From an uncultured Methanotrichaceae archaeon (GTDB lineage: Archaea > Halobacteriota > Methanosarcinia > Methanotrichales > Methanotrichaceae), in the NCBI GenBank assembly GCA_964518035.1, contig CAZFFD010000001.1:9386-73385 (forward strand): a stretch of 64,000 bases of DNA, given 5' to 3'. A program made the translations under genes and the position numbers. Every line of letters begins with the position of its first letter. Positions within the stretch are counted from its first letter, which is position 1. The notes under the pieces are model-generated. The model did no database searches. It was not told where the DNA came from and was given only the letters and a program-made list of their open reading frames with translations. Below are positions 55,438 to 64,000 of the stretch, piece by piece.

Positions 55438-56361
55438 TTACTCTTCTATCTCCCAGCCCAACCGCTCCTTGATGATCAGATAGCTCATCTCCGGGGGAAT
55501 GGCACCAACCTCGGTGCAGATCAGGTCGATGTACTGGTGTGGTGTGACATCGAATGCCGGATTTCTCACTCTGACATGGCTGTACCGGGAATGGTCTGCC
55601 AGGACCTCTCCAGGCTCGCGCTCCTCTATTGTGACCAGCTCTCCCAGAATCGTCTGGGGACTGAACTTGTATGTCTCTGCAGCTACCATGAAGCTTGTCC
55701 TGGCCTCGTGGGCGAAGAGGGCGATCTGGGCCGTGCCGATTTTGTTGACCAGAGTCCCGCTGGCAGTTATCACATCTGCTCCCACAACCACGAGGTCCAC
55801 CTCATTCATGACGCTCCTTGCAGCCGAATCAACTATCAACTCTGTCTCGACTCCCATTTGGTCCAGCATGCCGATAGTGGTGATACCCTGAAATCTCGGT
55901 CGCGACTCAGTGGCTATTACCTTGATGCTCTTGCCGAATTTGTGGGCGGCACTGATGACAGACAATGCCGCCAGGGAGTTGCAGTGGGTGAGGATGACGT
56001 CTCCATCTCTGATCCTCTTGCTGCCTATCTGCCCGATCTTTTCCAGGGCCTTTTCGGAGTTCTCAATGAAGCGATTGGCATTAATGATCACAGACTCGCG
56101 GGCGGCTGCCAGGTCGTCTTTTCTGTACTTCATCACCATCCTTATGGCATTTGAGAGTGAAACCGCGGTGGGCCTGGTCTTGAGAAGGATATCGGATGCC
56201 AACTCCATCCGTTGGTTGAAATCCTCAAGGCTCTTTGCCTCTTCTGTCTGGGAAAAGTCGCGCAAAGCTTTTGCTGCTGCTGTGGCAATTCTGCCAGCTC
56301 CTCTGATTTCCATGCTGCTGATCTTGGCAGAAATTTCCGTTACCCGATCAATAGGTTTCAT
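55438..56361 (-). CDS. eIF-2B alpha/beta/delta-related protein, probable ribose-1,5-bisphosphate isomerase
   Basis: 307 aa. IRGAGRIATAAAKAL, LKTRPTAVSL, THCNS, and VVVGADVITASGTLVNKIGT are typical of the archaeal aIF-2BII/R15P isomerase family. Confidence 0.8.
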   Translation of the reverse strand: MKPIDRVTEISAKISSMEIRGAGRIATAAAKALRDFSQTEEAKSLEDFNQRMELASDILLKTRPTAVSLSNAIRMVMKYRKDDLAAARESVIINANRFIENSEKALEKIGQIGSKRIRDGDVILTHCNSLAALSVISAAHKFGKSIKVIATESRPRFQGITTIGMLDQMGVETELIVDSAARSVMNEVDLVVVGADVITASGTLVNKIGTAQIALFAHEARTSFMVAAETYKFSPQTILGELVTIEEREPGEVLADHSRYSHVRVRNPAFDVTPHQYIDLICTEVGAIPPEMSYLIIKERLGWEIEE

Positions 56362-56408
56362 CTGCCCCTATCTTGCCGGGTTAGGATAAATCCATTTTGC
56401 CATGCTTT

Positions 56409-56816
56409 TCAGGCTGCAAGCGGCGTCTTCCCTCCGAGATATTGATATTTTTGTCCTTCAGGAGATCTTGGTCTGGTGGAGCATCCGTGTCTGCCAGAGC
56501 TGTGCTTTTCGGCCTCAACAAGATAATCGACAATCTTATTCAGGCTGAGCGTGATCACATACTCTCTCATAAGTCCGTCTTCCCGCTTCTTCTCGATCTC
56601 CTTAATCTCAATCCATCTCTTCTGCCAGAATAAAAACAGCATTCTGCTGGCCTCAGTCTCTTCCTGTCCATATCTTGCAGCTCTTTTTAAGGCTGCGTCC
56701 TCCTGGCCACAGAGCCTGGCGATCATTCTGGTGATGCTCTGCAGTTCGCCGAGTTTTTGCAGATATTCGATGAACTCCAGGTATCTACTATCAAGTACTC
56801 TTGCTCTTTCCCTCAT
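56409..56816 (-). CDS. Hypothetical protein
   Basis: 135-aa ORF on the same strand as, and upstream of, the isomerase gene. No motif recognised. The C-terminal third looks like a low-complexity read-through, so the real product may be shorter or differ. Confidence 0.35.
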   Translation of the reverse strand: MRERARVLDSRYLEFIEYLQKLGELQSITRMIARLCGQEDAALKRAARYGQEETEASRMLFLFWQKRWIEIKEIEKKREDGLMREYVITLSLNKIVDYLVEAEKHSSGRHGCSTRPRSPEGQKYQYLGGKTPLAA

Positions 56817-57014
56817 TGCTGCTACCCCTAAATTATTTGTAATGTAATCTCTCTTCGTATAAATAATCTTTTCATAAAATTTAATTTTTGATTTTCTTCG
56901 TTAGGTATATTCTCTAAAACATTTATCGATTAATTGGTCCTTATTTCTTCTTAAATACAGTTTCTTGTACATATTACCTGCAAAAGTTATTAATAGAATT
57001 GCGATCCAAATTAA

Positions 57015-57560
57015 TTGGGGGTGTATGCATTGGAGGCGAACGATCAGGAGTTTTTGCGCGCCATTCATGAAGAGAAGATCAGGACGCAAAATGAGCGCAC
57101 GGAGCTTATCACCATGAAGCTGGCATTTATCACCGTCCTCTTCGGAATCAGTTCAGTCAACGTGGGAATTGATTTGGAAGATATCTTCTGGTTGCTTTAC
57201 TTCGTTCCTCTCGTGGCCATAAGCTACGATTTATACATCATGTCCGCCGACTCCAGGATCAAGCGGGTGGGAACCTTTTTGGGCAGAAATCCTGTCTCCT
57301 TGGCCGGAAAAGCAGAACGAGAATGGGAGCGCTTTTGCTCTAACTTCCGGGATGTAATGGCACCTTCTGCCAATATGTTCTTCTCTGCCATAGTCACAAT
57401 CGGTGCGGCTTTCTTCATTCATGCTCAGGGAGGATGGACTGAAAGAATCATGCGACTGTGGTTTGCTGTCTGGCTAGTGGGATCTCTTGCTCTCATTATT
57501 ATTCTCTGGATGAGGCATCAGTCACTCATTAAAAATATCGGGGACTATGAACAATTTTAG
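57015..57560 (+). CDS. Hypothetical membrane protein (about 4 TM helices)
   Basis: 181 aa with a TTG start. Hydrophobic helices after an amphipathic N-terminus. No family recognised. Confidence 0.4.
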   Translation: MGVYALEANDQEFLRAIHEEKIRTQNERTELITMKLAFITVLFGISSVNVGIDLEDIFWLLYFVPLVAISYDLYIMSADSRIKRVGTFLGRNPVSLAGKAEREWERFCSNFRDVMAPSANMFFSAIVTIGAAFFIHAQGGWTERIMRLWFAVWLVGSLALIIILWMRHQSLIKNIGDYEQF

Positions 57561-57683
57561 GTCATGTAATGGTCGTGCTGCTGACCTCACCAATTATCGT
57601 GATAAAGAAACCTTAATAAAAGCCTATGATCAAGATGGCAAGATACAATTTACAAGGATTATTCACGATCGGTGGGGTTTCTG

Positions 57684-58532
57684 ATGACGATGAAGGAAAA
57701 AGAGATCAAGAGAGCTGTAAAAGAGGGATATGCTCGGATAGCAAAGCAGGCTACGTCTGACTATTCTTCCAAAATATGTGGTGAAGGCATCGAGATTCCC
57801 GAGGAGATCTGCAAGAGGATGGGCTACTCGGAAGAAGAGATATCGGCTGCCCCACCTGAGTCAAATCTGGGTTTAGGCTGCGGCAATCCCGTAGCCCTGG
57901 CGAGCCTCAATATTGGCGAGACTGTACTTGATATGGGGGCCGGGGCGGGATTTGATTGCTTCCTTGCCTCCTCACAGGTGGGACCCACTGGAAAGGTCAT
58001 TGGCGTCGATATCACCTCAGAGATGGTAGATAAAGCCAGGGCCAATGCTCGGAAGGGCGGCTATGTGAATATCGATTTTCGCCAGGGAGATCTGGAGAAC
58101 ATGCCTGTTGCCGACAACTATGTGGATGTGGTCATCTCCAACTGCGTCATAAACCTAGTTCCCAACAAGAGGATGGTATTTCGGGAGGCCTTCAGGGTTC
58201 TCAAGCCTGGCGGAAGGCTGGCCATCTCCGACGTTGTTTTGACGAGGATGCTTCCTGAGTTTGTCAAGAATTCCACCAAGGCCTACATCGGCTGCCTTGC
58301 GGGAGCCATTATGAAGGAGGAGTACCTTCAGATCATCAAGAATGTGGGCTTCACCGAGGTCAATGTTGTGGCGGAGTCAAGCTTCCCGGTGGAGTCTCTG
58401 CTCTGCGAGACCACAGGATCAACGGCAGTAGAGATGCCAATGATCTCCATCACCCAGCAAAAGGAGGTAGCCGATTCCGTCATGAGCATTAAGGTCAGCG
58501 CCAAGAAGCCCGGCTGCCAAATGAATGCATAA
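57684..58532 (+). CDS. ArsM-like SAM-dependent methyltransferase (arsenite methyltransferase family)
   Basis: VKEGYARIAK N-terminus, LGLGCGNP, VLDMGAGAGFDCFLAS, VIGVDITSEMVDKARANA, and DVVISNCVINLVPNK. This is the characteristic ArsM/UbiE-type arrangement with conserved Cys. Confidence 0.75.
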   Translation: MTMKEKEIKRAVKEGYARIAKQATSDYSSKICGEGIEIPEEICKRMGYSEEEISAAPPESNLGLGCGNPVALASLNIGETVLDMGAGAGFDCFLASSQVGPTGKVIGVDITSEMVDKARANARKGGYVNIDFRQGDLENMPVADNYVDVVISNCVINLVPNKRMVFREAFRVLKPGGRLAISDVVLTRMLPEFVKNSTKAYIGCLAGAIMKEEYLQIIKNVGFTEVNVVAESSFPVESLLCETTGSTAVEMPMISITQQKEVADSVMSIKVSAKKPGCQMNA

Positions 58533-58548
58533 GCCAGGAGACGTTCAT

Positions 58549-59592
58549 ATGAGACTTGGGCAGCTTTCGTCCATTTTAGCAATAGTTGTTGCAGCTTTGG
58601 CCACGATCCCCTTGGCAGAGGGCGGCTGTTCGGTTGGCGGATGCGGCAGCGGGGACGAATCCTGGACTGCATCGGCAGATAGCTTCATCAACTCGGATGT
58701 TCCTCTCGTCGGTGTAGTCGCAAGTGCGAATGCTGCTACGGACACTGCCTATTCTCGCAGCTTTCAGGCAGGGATAGAGGTCGGTAAGTCCCTTAACCAG
58801 ACGGGCAGCGGCACAGTTCCCACGCTCACCGGCGCGTATGTGACTCCTGGCACCAGGTCTGAGCTGTTTCTTGCCCCTGAGATGCTCAAGTCTCTGGACG
58901 CGGTCTCCGAGGAGGATGTGGTGCTGGATGTCTCCAATGCTCGGTCTGCCGGACAGGCTCACCTGAGGGGTTCTGTCAATATCCCGGCCAGGAGCTTCTT
59001 TTATGAGAATGGGTCTCTTAAAAACGTCTCTGATCTGGCGACAGTTCTGGGAAGTGCCGGGATCTCTCGCCATGATTCCGTGATGGTCTACAGCGATACA
59101 TTTGCTTCCGGAGAGGCGACGGCTGTGCTTTTGGCACTTACCTATCTGGGGCAGGAGGATGTCCGGGCTCTGGATGGCGGTCTTGACAATTGGATTGGGG
59201 CGAGCCTGCCATTGGAGACGAAAGAGAACGTTCGCTCTCCAGTCGAGTATAAGCCAAGCCTGCAGCCGGAGATTCTCGCAGACTATGATCTTGTCAAGTC
59301 CGGGACTGTGCAGATGGTTGACGCCAGGAGCTTTCAGGATTATGGGGCGTCAAGGATCGGAAATGCCACTTTGATCAACATTGACAGCGTGCTCGATGAA
59401 GGAAGGCTCAAAGCGCGGCTGAACGACACATTCGCCAGGCTGAACGCAAGTCAGACTGTGGTGGTGTACTCGGATGATATCTGTGGAGCATCTGTGGTCT
59501 GGTTCGGGCTTGAGCTGATGGGATACGATGCAAGGATATATTCATGGAATGATTGGCAGGAGCACGAGATGGAAAAGGCCCGGCAAAAGTGA
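58549..59592 (+). CDS. Secreted tandem-rhodanese domain sulfurtransferase-like protein
   Basis: AGGAGA lies 7 nt upstream of ATG 58549. Signal peptide MRLGQLSSILAIVVAALATIPLAEG. Two rhodanese-like halves (VLDVSNARSAGQAHLRGSVNIP and MVDARSFQDYGASRIGNATLI). The only Cys-containing loop, YSDDICGAS, is in the second half. Confidence 0.7.
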   Translation: MRLGQLSSILAIVVAALATIPLAEGGCSVGGCGSGDESWTASADSFINSDVPLVGVVASANAATDTAYSRSFQAGIEVGKSLNQTGSGTVPTLTGAYVTPGTRSELFLAPEMLKSLDAVSEEDVVLDVSNARSAGQAHLRGSVNIPARSFFYENGSLKNVSDLATVLGSAGISRHDSVMVYSDTFASGEATAVLLALTYLGQEDVRALDGGLDNWIGASLPLETKENVRSPVEYKPSLQPEILADYDLVKSGTVQMVDARSFQDYGASRIGNATLINIDSVLDEGRLKARLNDTFARLNASQTVVVYSDDICGASVVWFGLELMGYDARIYSWNDWQEHEMEKARQK

Positions 59593-59980
59593 GGGCGGAC
59601 GGGGCGGAATATACCGATTATCTCTTTTTTAATTGGTGAGCTTGCCGCATTTTATTTGATGCGTGGAAGAGTAGACAGAGTCATGTATCACTGATCAAGG
59701 AAAACAAGGACTGAACTGAATAGAAGTCAACGAAATAAGCAGTAGTCCTTGCGTACACCATTTTGCATTTCCGTTTTGCCTAAAAAGACCGAATCTATAT
59801 TCACGCTACCACGTTTGCAGTACCATCACTGCACCAATCAAGGATTCAACAGAACCCGGCTAGAATAACTGGAATCGCCTACTCAAAGCGAGCATAAACC
59901 ATAATAATCGATATCGTCTCAACGACGGGAGGACAATTTTGCGATAGATTAATAAATGTCCTCCGGTCAGAGATCTATGC

Positions 59981-61024
59981 GTGAAAAGAAAACCATACAG
60001 AATTGAGATAGATTACCCAAAAAATAGGAGCCCTCAATACTACCTAGTAAAAGAGGTAAGAATTGGCGATAAGCATCGGAAAATAAAGAAGTATGTAGGT
60101 AGTGGATATTCGCCTCCATCCCCTGCAGATGTTCAAAAATTTTGCGAAGATTTTGCATATGAAATAGAGCTCAAAGCAGCGCAAAAGAAAGCAGAGATGA
60201 GTTGTGCATTATATAAATCTCATTACCTCACTCCAGAACAAATTGGTTTTCTTGAAGAAATTCGCTTCATTTACCAATCGTTTAATGAATTAATGACTAC
60301 AAATGAATTTGAAGTATATGAAAAAAATTTCGAGATCAAGTATATCCAAGGCACAACCTGCATTGAAGGCAACACAATCTCTTTAAATGAAGCAGCTGAT
60401 TGGCTTTTGCGAGGAGTTCAACCCAAAGACAAGAGTCTGAGAGAGCTCAATGAACATCGAAATTTTATCAATGTGGCGTCTTACAGAAACAAATATAACA
60501 GAAAAATAACGCTAGATTTCATAAAGCACCTTCATGCTCTCATTATGTACAACATAGACGATGATTCAGCAGGAACGTTTAGGAGATCTGATGATATATT
60601 TATATCTGGATGTGATTTTCGTGTTTGCCCATCTGAATTAATCGAACCAGAACTATCTAAATTAATTGATAACTATTATTCCCGTCTCGATGAAGGGTAT
60701 CACCTCTTTGAAGAGGCGGTACTATTTCATCACCAATTTGAGCAGACCCATCCATTTACAAATGGCAATGGGCGAGTTGGCAGAGAGATTTTTAACTATA
60801 TGCTAATGAGGGGAAAATACCCGCGTTTATTATTCTTAGGAGATGGCAGAGACGTGTATCTTAATGCCCTTAGATCAGGTGATAATGAAAATTATGCGGA
60901 TATGATTTCAGTCTTTGCAAAGATAATTCAAGAACAGCGATTTGAAGTCCTTAGAGAGAACTTAAAGAAAGTAGCTGCTCCAATAAAGAAACGTGGTCAG
61001 CTCAGACTTACTGATTATCTCTAG
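59981..61024 (+). CDS. Fic domain protein (probable AMPylase) with an N-terminal auto-inhibitory motif
   Basis: 347 aa. Fic motif HPFTNGNGRVGR (nt 60749-60784). Upstream T-TCI-E-G matches the (S/T)xxxE(G/N) inhibitory helix motif (nt 60353-60370). GTG start. A+T-rich surroundings. Confidence 0.85.
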   Translation: MKRKPYRIEIDYPKNRSPQYYLVKEVRIGDKHRKIKKYVGSGYSPPSPADVQKFCEDFAYEIELKAAQKKAEMSCALYKSHYLTPEQIGFLEEIRFIYQSFNELMTTNEFEVYEKNFEIKYIQGTTCIEGNTISLNEAADWLLRGVQPKDKSLRELNEHRNFINVASYRNKYNRKITLDFIKHLHALIMYNIDDDSAGTFRRSDDIFISGCDFRVCPSELIEPELSKLIDNYYSRLDEGYHLFEEAVLFHHQFEQTHPFTNGNGRVGREIFNYMLMRGKYPRLLFLGDGRDVYLNALRSGDNENYADMISVFAKIIQEQRFEVLRENLKKVAAPIKKRGQLRLTDYL

Positions 61025-61157
61025 GTAAATATTTTTATTTATCTTTTTTGTGTTCTTTGACGATATTGCTTGTCTAACTAGATTTGAGCTAATACCACCA
61101 TGCTTGCACCACCACAAACGAACGCCTAAGGATTCTACAGAACCACTTGTGCATTCC

Positions 61158-61165
61158 TTTATATA
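61158..61165 (+). promoter_or_regulatory. Consensus archaeal TATA box of the thermosome gene
   Basis: TTTATATA lies 51 nt upstream of ATG 61216. A GAGGT Shine-Dalgarno sequence sits at 61206-61210. Confidence 0.55.
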
Positions 61166-61215
61166 GAAGTTCAAACTATAGTTAGATGTTAAGTTAGAAT
61201 TTGTTGAGGTAATTA

Positions 61216-62865
61216 ATGTCAGGACAATTCAGCGGCACACCCATATACATCCTTAGGGAAGGCAGCCAGAGGACTGCTGGTAGAGAGGCACAGAAATCGA
61301 ATATCATGGCGGCCAAGGCCGTAGCCGGTGCAGTCAGGACCACTCTGGGCCCCAAGGGCATGGACAAGATGCTTGTGGACGGCATGGGAGACGTTGTAAT
61401 CACCAACGACGGCGTCACCATCCTTAAAGAAATGGATATCGAGCATCCTGCTGCCAAGATGATGGTGGAGATTGCCAAGACCCAGGACCAGGAGGTAGGC
61501 GACGGCACAACTACTGCTGTGGTGTTGGCCGGCGAATTGCTCAAGCAGGCCGAGGAGCTGCTGGAGCAGGAGATCCATCCGACTGTTATCGCTGCCGGCT
61601 ACCGGGCTGCGTCTGACAAGTCCATGGAGATCTTGAAGGGCCTGGCAATCAGTGTGCTGGCCAAGGACGAGAGCCTTCTTAGGAATATCGCTATCACTGC
61701 CATGACCGGCAAGGGCTCCCAATCCTCTCGCGAGGAGCTGGCTGATATGGCGGTCAAGGCTGTCCAATCTGTGGTGGACGCAGACGGGACTGTAGACACC
61801 GACAACATCACTGTAGAGAAGAAGGTGGGCGGATCTATCGCCGACTCATCGATGGTGAGCGGAGTGGTCATCGACAAAGATCGGCTGCACCCCAACATGC
61901 CAAAGTCCGTCAAGGGTGCCAGGATTGCCCTTCTCAACGCCGCAGTGGAGATAGAAAAGACCGAGGTCGATGCCAAGATTCAGATCACCTCTCCGGATCA
62001 GCTCCAGGGATTTTTGGACCAAGAAGAGAACATGCTGAAGGGCATGGTCGACAAGATCACGGCCACCGGAGCCAATGTGCTCTTTGTCCAGAAAGGCATC
62101 GATGATCTGGCCCAGCACTTCCTGGCCAAGGCCGGGATCTACACAGTGCGCCGGGTCAAGAAGAGCGATATGGAGAAGCTGGCACGGGCTACGGGCGGAC
62201 GCGTAGTCTCCAGCATTCACGAGATCACAGAGAGCGATCTGGGAAAAGCAGGTCTTGTCGAAGAGAGAAAGGTCAGCGATGAGAAGATGACCTTTGTGCA
62301 GGACTGCAATAATCCCAAGTCTGTGTCCATCATCCTGCGAGGCGGAACTGAGCACGTTGTCGATGAACTGGGCCGGGCCATGGAAGACGCGCTGCGTGTT
62401 GTGGGCGTAGCCGTGAAGGACAGGATGCTGGTTGCCGGCGGCGGCGCACCTGAGGTGGAGCTGGCACTGAGACTTCGATCCTATGCTTCCACCGTTGGCG
62501 GACGCGAGCAATTGGCCATCGAGGCCTTCGCCAATGCTATGGAGATCATACCCAAGACCCTTGCCGAGAATGCCGGCCTAGACCAGATTGATTCCCTGGT
62601 CTCTATGAGAAGCCAGCATGAGAAGGGAGTGAAGACTGCCGGCCTGGATATGGATACTGGCAAGGCCATAGACATGCTCAAGCTGGGCGTGGTCGAGCCT
62701 CTGCGGGTCAAGACCCAGGCCATCCAGTCTGCTGCCGAGGCTGCCATCATGATTCTGAGAATCGATGATGTCATCGCCTCCAAGTCAGGCGGACCGGGCG
62801 GCATGCCTGGCGGCGCTGGCGGAATGCCGGGCGGAATGGGCGGCATGGGTGGAGAGGACTACTAG
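61216..62865 (+). CDS. ths: Thermosome subunit (group II chaperonin)
   Basis: 549 aa. [51 protein letters not shown], and the characteristic C-terminal GGMPGG/GGM tail. Confidence 0.95.
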   Translation: MSGQFSGTPIYILREGSQRTAGREAQKSNIMAAKAVAGAVRTTLGPKGMDKMLVDGMGDVVITNDGVTILKEMDIEHPAAKMMVEIAKTQDQEVGDGTTTAVVLAGELLKQAEELLEQEIHPTVIAAGYRAASDKSMEILKGLAISVLAKDESLLRNIAITAMTGKGSQSSREELADMAVKAVQSVVDADGTVDTDNITVEKKVGGSIADSSMVSGVVIDKDRLHPNMPKSVKGARIALLNAAVEIEKTEVDAKIQITSPDQLQGFLDQEENMLKGMVDKITATGANVLFVQKGIDDLAQHFLAKAGIYTVRRVKKSDMEKLARATGGRVVSSIHEITESDLGKAGLVEERKVSDEKMTFVQDCNNPKSVSIILRGGTEHVVDELGRAMEDALRVVGVAVKDRMLVAGGGAPEVELALRLRSYASTVGGREQLAIEAFANAMEIIPKTLAENAGLDQIDSLVSMRSQHEKGVKTAGLDMDTGKAIDMLKLGVVEPLRVKTQAIQSAAEAAIMILRIDDVIASKSGGPGGMPGGAGGMPGGMGGMGGEDY

Positions 62866-62994
62866 TAGAGTCCTAACACCCATTTTAGCTCTTTTTTCAG
62901 CTTTGAGATCAATACCTAAACAGTTGCATGATATTGACAAGCAACCTTTATATTCGTTCAAATTCATCTTTTAGTATCAAAAGGAGTTGGCTGG

Positions 62995-64000
62995 ATGAAT
63001 GGTACCGGAGTCGTATGCCTCTCTGTTTTTGGCATGGCACTGATTATTGCTTTAGCTATTGGCTCTTCTGAAGCCTCGATAGAAAATACAAGCCTTTCAG
63101 CACAAGTGAAGGCCTTCGATCCTGAGAATATGGACCTTTCAGTAAAACCTGGAGATGACTTCTATGAGTATGTTGATGGGTCCTGGATAAAGAGCCACCC
63201 AGTGCCTGCGGATAAATCCCGTTATGGGGAGTTCGATATAGTTAAGGACAGAAACTACGACCTTGTCAGAGGGATAGTGGAGAGCGCAGCCAATAACACT
63301 ACTGCTGTAGAGGGAAGCCTAGATCAGAAGATCGGCGAGTTCTATCGCATGGGAATGGACAATGCCACTTTAGAAAAGCAGCGTCTGGACCCCATCAAGG
63401 ATATGCTGAAGACAATAGACAATATCACCAACATCACTGAAGTCCTGACGGTATCAACCCAAATGATGGACCTAGGAATGGACCCCTTCTTCTCCATTTA
63501 CGCGGCACCAGACAAGAAGAACAGCAAGATAATTATTGCCACCTTAACTCAGGGTGGCCTGGGCCTGCCGGATAGAGATTTCTATTTCAGGCAGGACAAT
63601 GAATCCAATAAAACCCGTGAGCAGTACCTGGCTCATGTTGCCAGGATGCTCATGTTTTTAGGCGACAGCCAAAATATCTCTGAAAATAATGCCAGAACCG
63701 TGATGAGAATAGAGACAAGACTCGCCAACTCATCCTTCACCAACGTAGAAAATACCGATGAGGTCAAGACTTATAACAAGATGAATCAGGCGGAACTTCA
63801 GGTCTTTGCTCCGAGCATTGACTGGTCTCGTCTCTTCAGCGTCCTGGGTCGCTCGGACATATCCGAGGTCAACGTCAGAAATCCATCGTTTTTTAAGGAG
63901 CTGAGCGCCGCCCTGAACAGCGAGAGCATAGATGACTGGAAGACCTTTCTCCGATGGAAGCTGATCTCAGCCACGTCCTATTATCTCAGCTCCGACCTGG
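62995..64000 (+). CDS. M13 family (neprilysin/PepO-like) metalloendopeptidase, N-terminal part (3' end lies outside the window)
   Basis: AAGGAG lies 8 nt upstream of ATG 62995. Membrane anchor VVCLSVFGMALIIALAIG, then the Peptidase_M13_N hallmark KPGDDFYEYVDGSWIKSHPVPADKSRYGEFD. The frame is open to the window end. Confidence 0.85.
   Translation, partial: MNGTGVVCLSVFGMALIIALAIGSSEASIENTSLSAQVKAFDPENMDLSVKPGDDFYEYVDGSWIKSHPVPADKSRYGEFDIVKDRNYDLVRGIVESAANNTTAVEGSLDQKIGEFYRMGMDNATLEKQRLDPIKDMLKTIDNITNITEVLTVSTQMMDLGMDPFFSIYAAPDKKNSKIIIATLTQGGLGLPDRDFYFRQDNESNKTREQYLAHVARMLMFLGDSQNISENNARTVMRIETRLANSSFTNVENTDEVKTYNKMNQAELQVFAPSIDWSRLFSVLGRSDISEVNVRNPSFFKELSAALNSESIDDWKTFLRWKLISATSYYLSSDL

Noticed and set aside
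62785-62862. Imperfect tandem repeats (GGCGGAATGCCGGGCGGAATGGGCGGCATGGGT) at the 3' end of the thermosome gene.
   Set aside because: This is the well-known GGM/GGMP repeat tail of group II chaperonins. It is not a novel DNA repeat.
1-64000. A search by eye of all intergenic regions over 100 nt for tRNA, rRNA, CRISPR arrays, transposases and integrases.
   Set aside because: I found no T-loop or acceptor-stem patterns, no regularly spaced direct repeats, and no DDE or tyrosine recombinase ORFs. Small ncRNAs cannot be excluded without covariance-model searches.

Overview
Archaeal chromosomal segment. The gene content points to a Methanosarcinales/Methanotrichales-like methanogen or ANME: thermosome, SMC-ScpA-ScpB, NurA-HerA-Mre11-Rad50, archaeal split glutamate synthase, the MCR-modifying radical SAM enzyme Mmp10, and a DUF1608-type S-layer domain. 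Coding density is high, and many neighbouring genes overlap by 4 nt (ATGA) or sit a few nt apart. Housekeeping blocks are DNA repair (2-6199), GS/GOGAT nitrogen assimilation (7687-13604), chromosome condensation (30739-37045), RNase HII plus an aminotransferase (41778-43596), and the thermosome (61216-62865). Between them lie envelope and accessory regions that look more A+T-rich by eye (composition not computed): 13.6-16.5 kb, 24.6-26.9 kb and 59.6-61.2 kb. The most interesting locus is a translationally coupled four-gene operon at 43751-51739. It encodes a 1388-aa repeat-built secreted glycoprotein, a 507-aa single-pass surface protein, a polytopic membrane protein, and a divergent 553-aa tubulin/FtsZ-superfamily GTPase with a GGGTGTG signature. 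An extracytoplasmic thioredoxin/CcdA thiol-disulfide module follows directly. Other notable points are an Mrr restriction gene wedged between scpA and scpB, a 25-bp near-perfect inverted repeat at the 5' end of a transglutaminase-like gene, two paralogous GNAT genes flanking an AI-2E permease, and a class II Fic gene beside the thermosome. I found no rRNA, tRNA, CRISPR array or transposase by eye.
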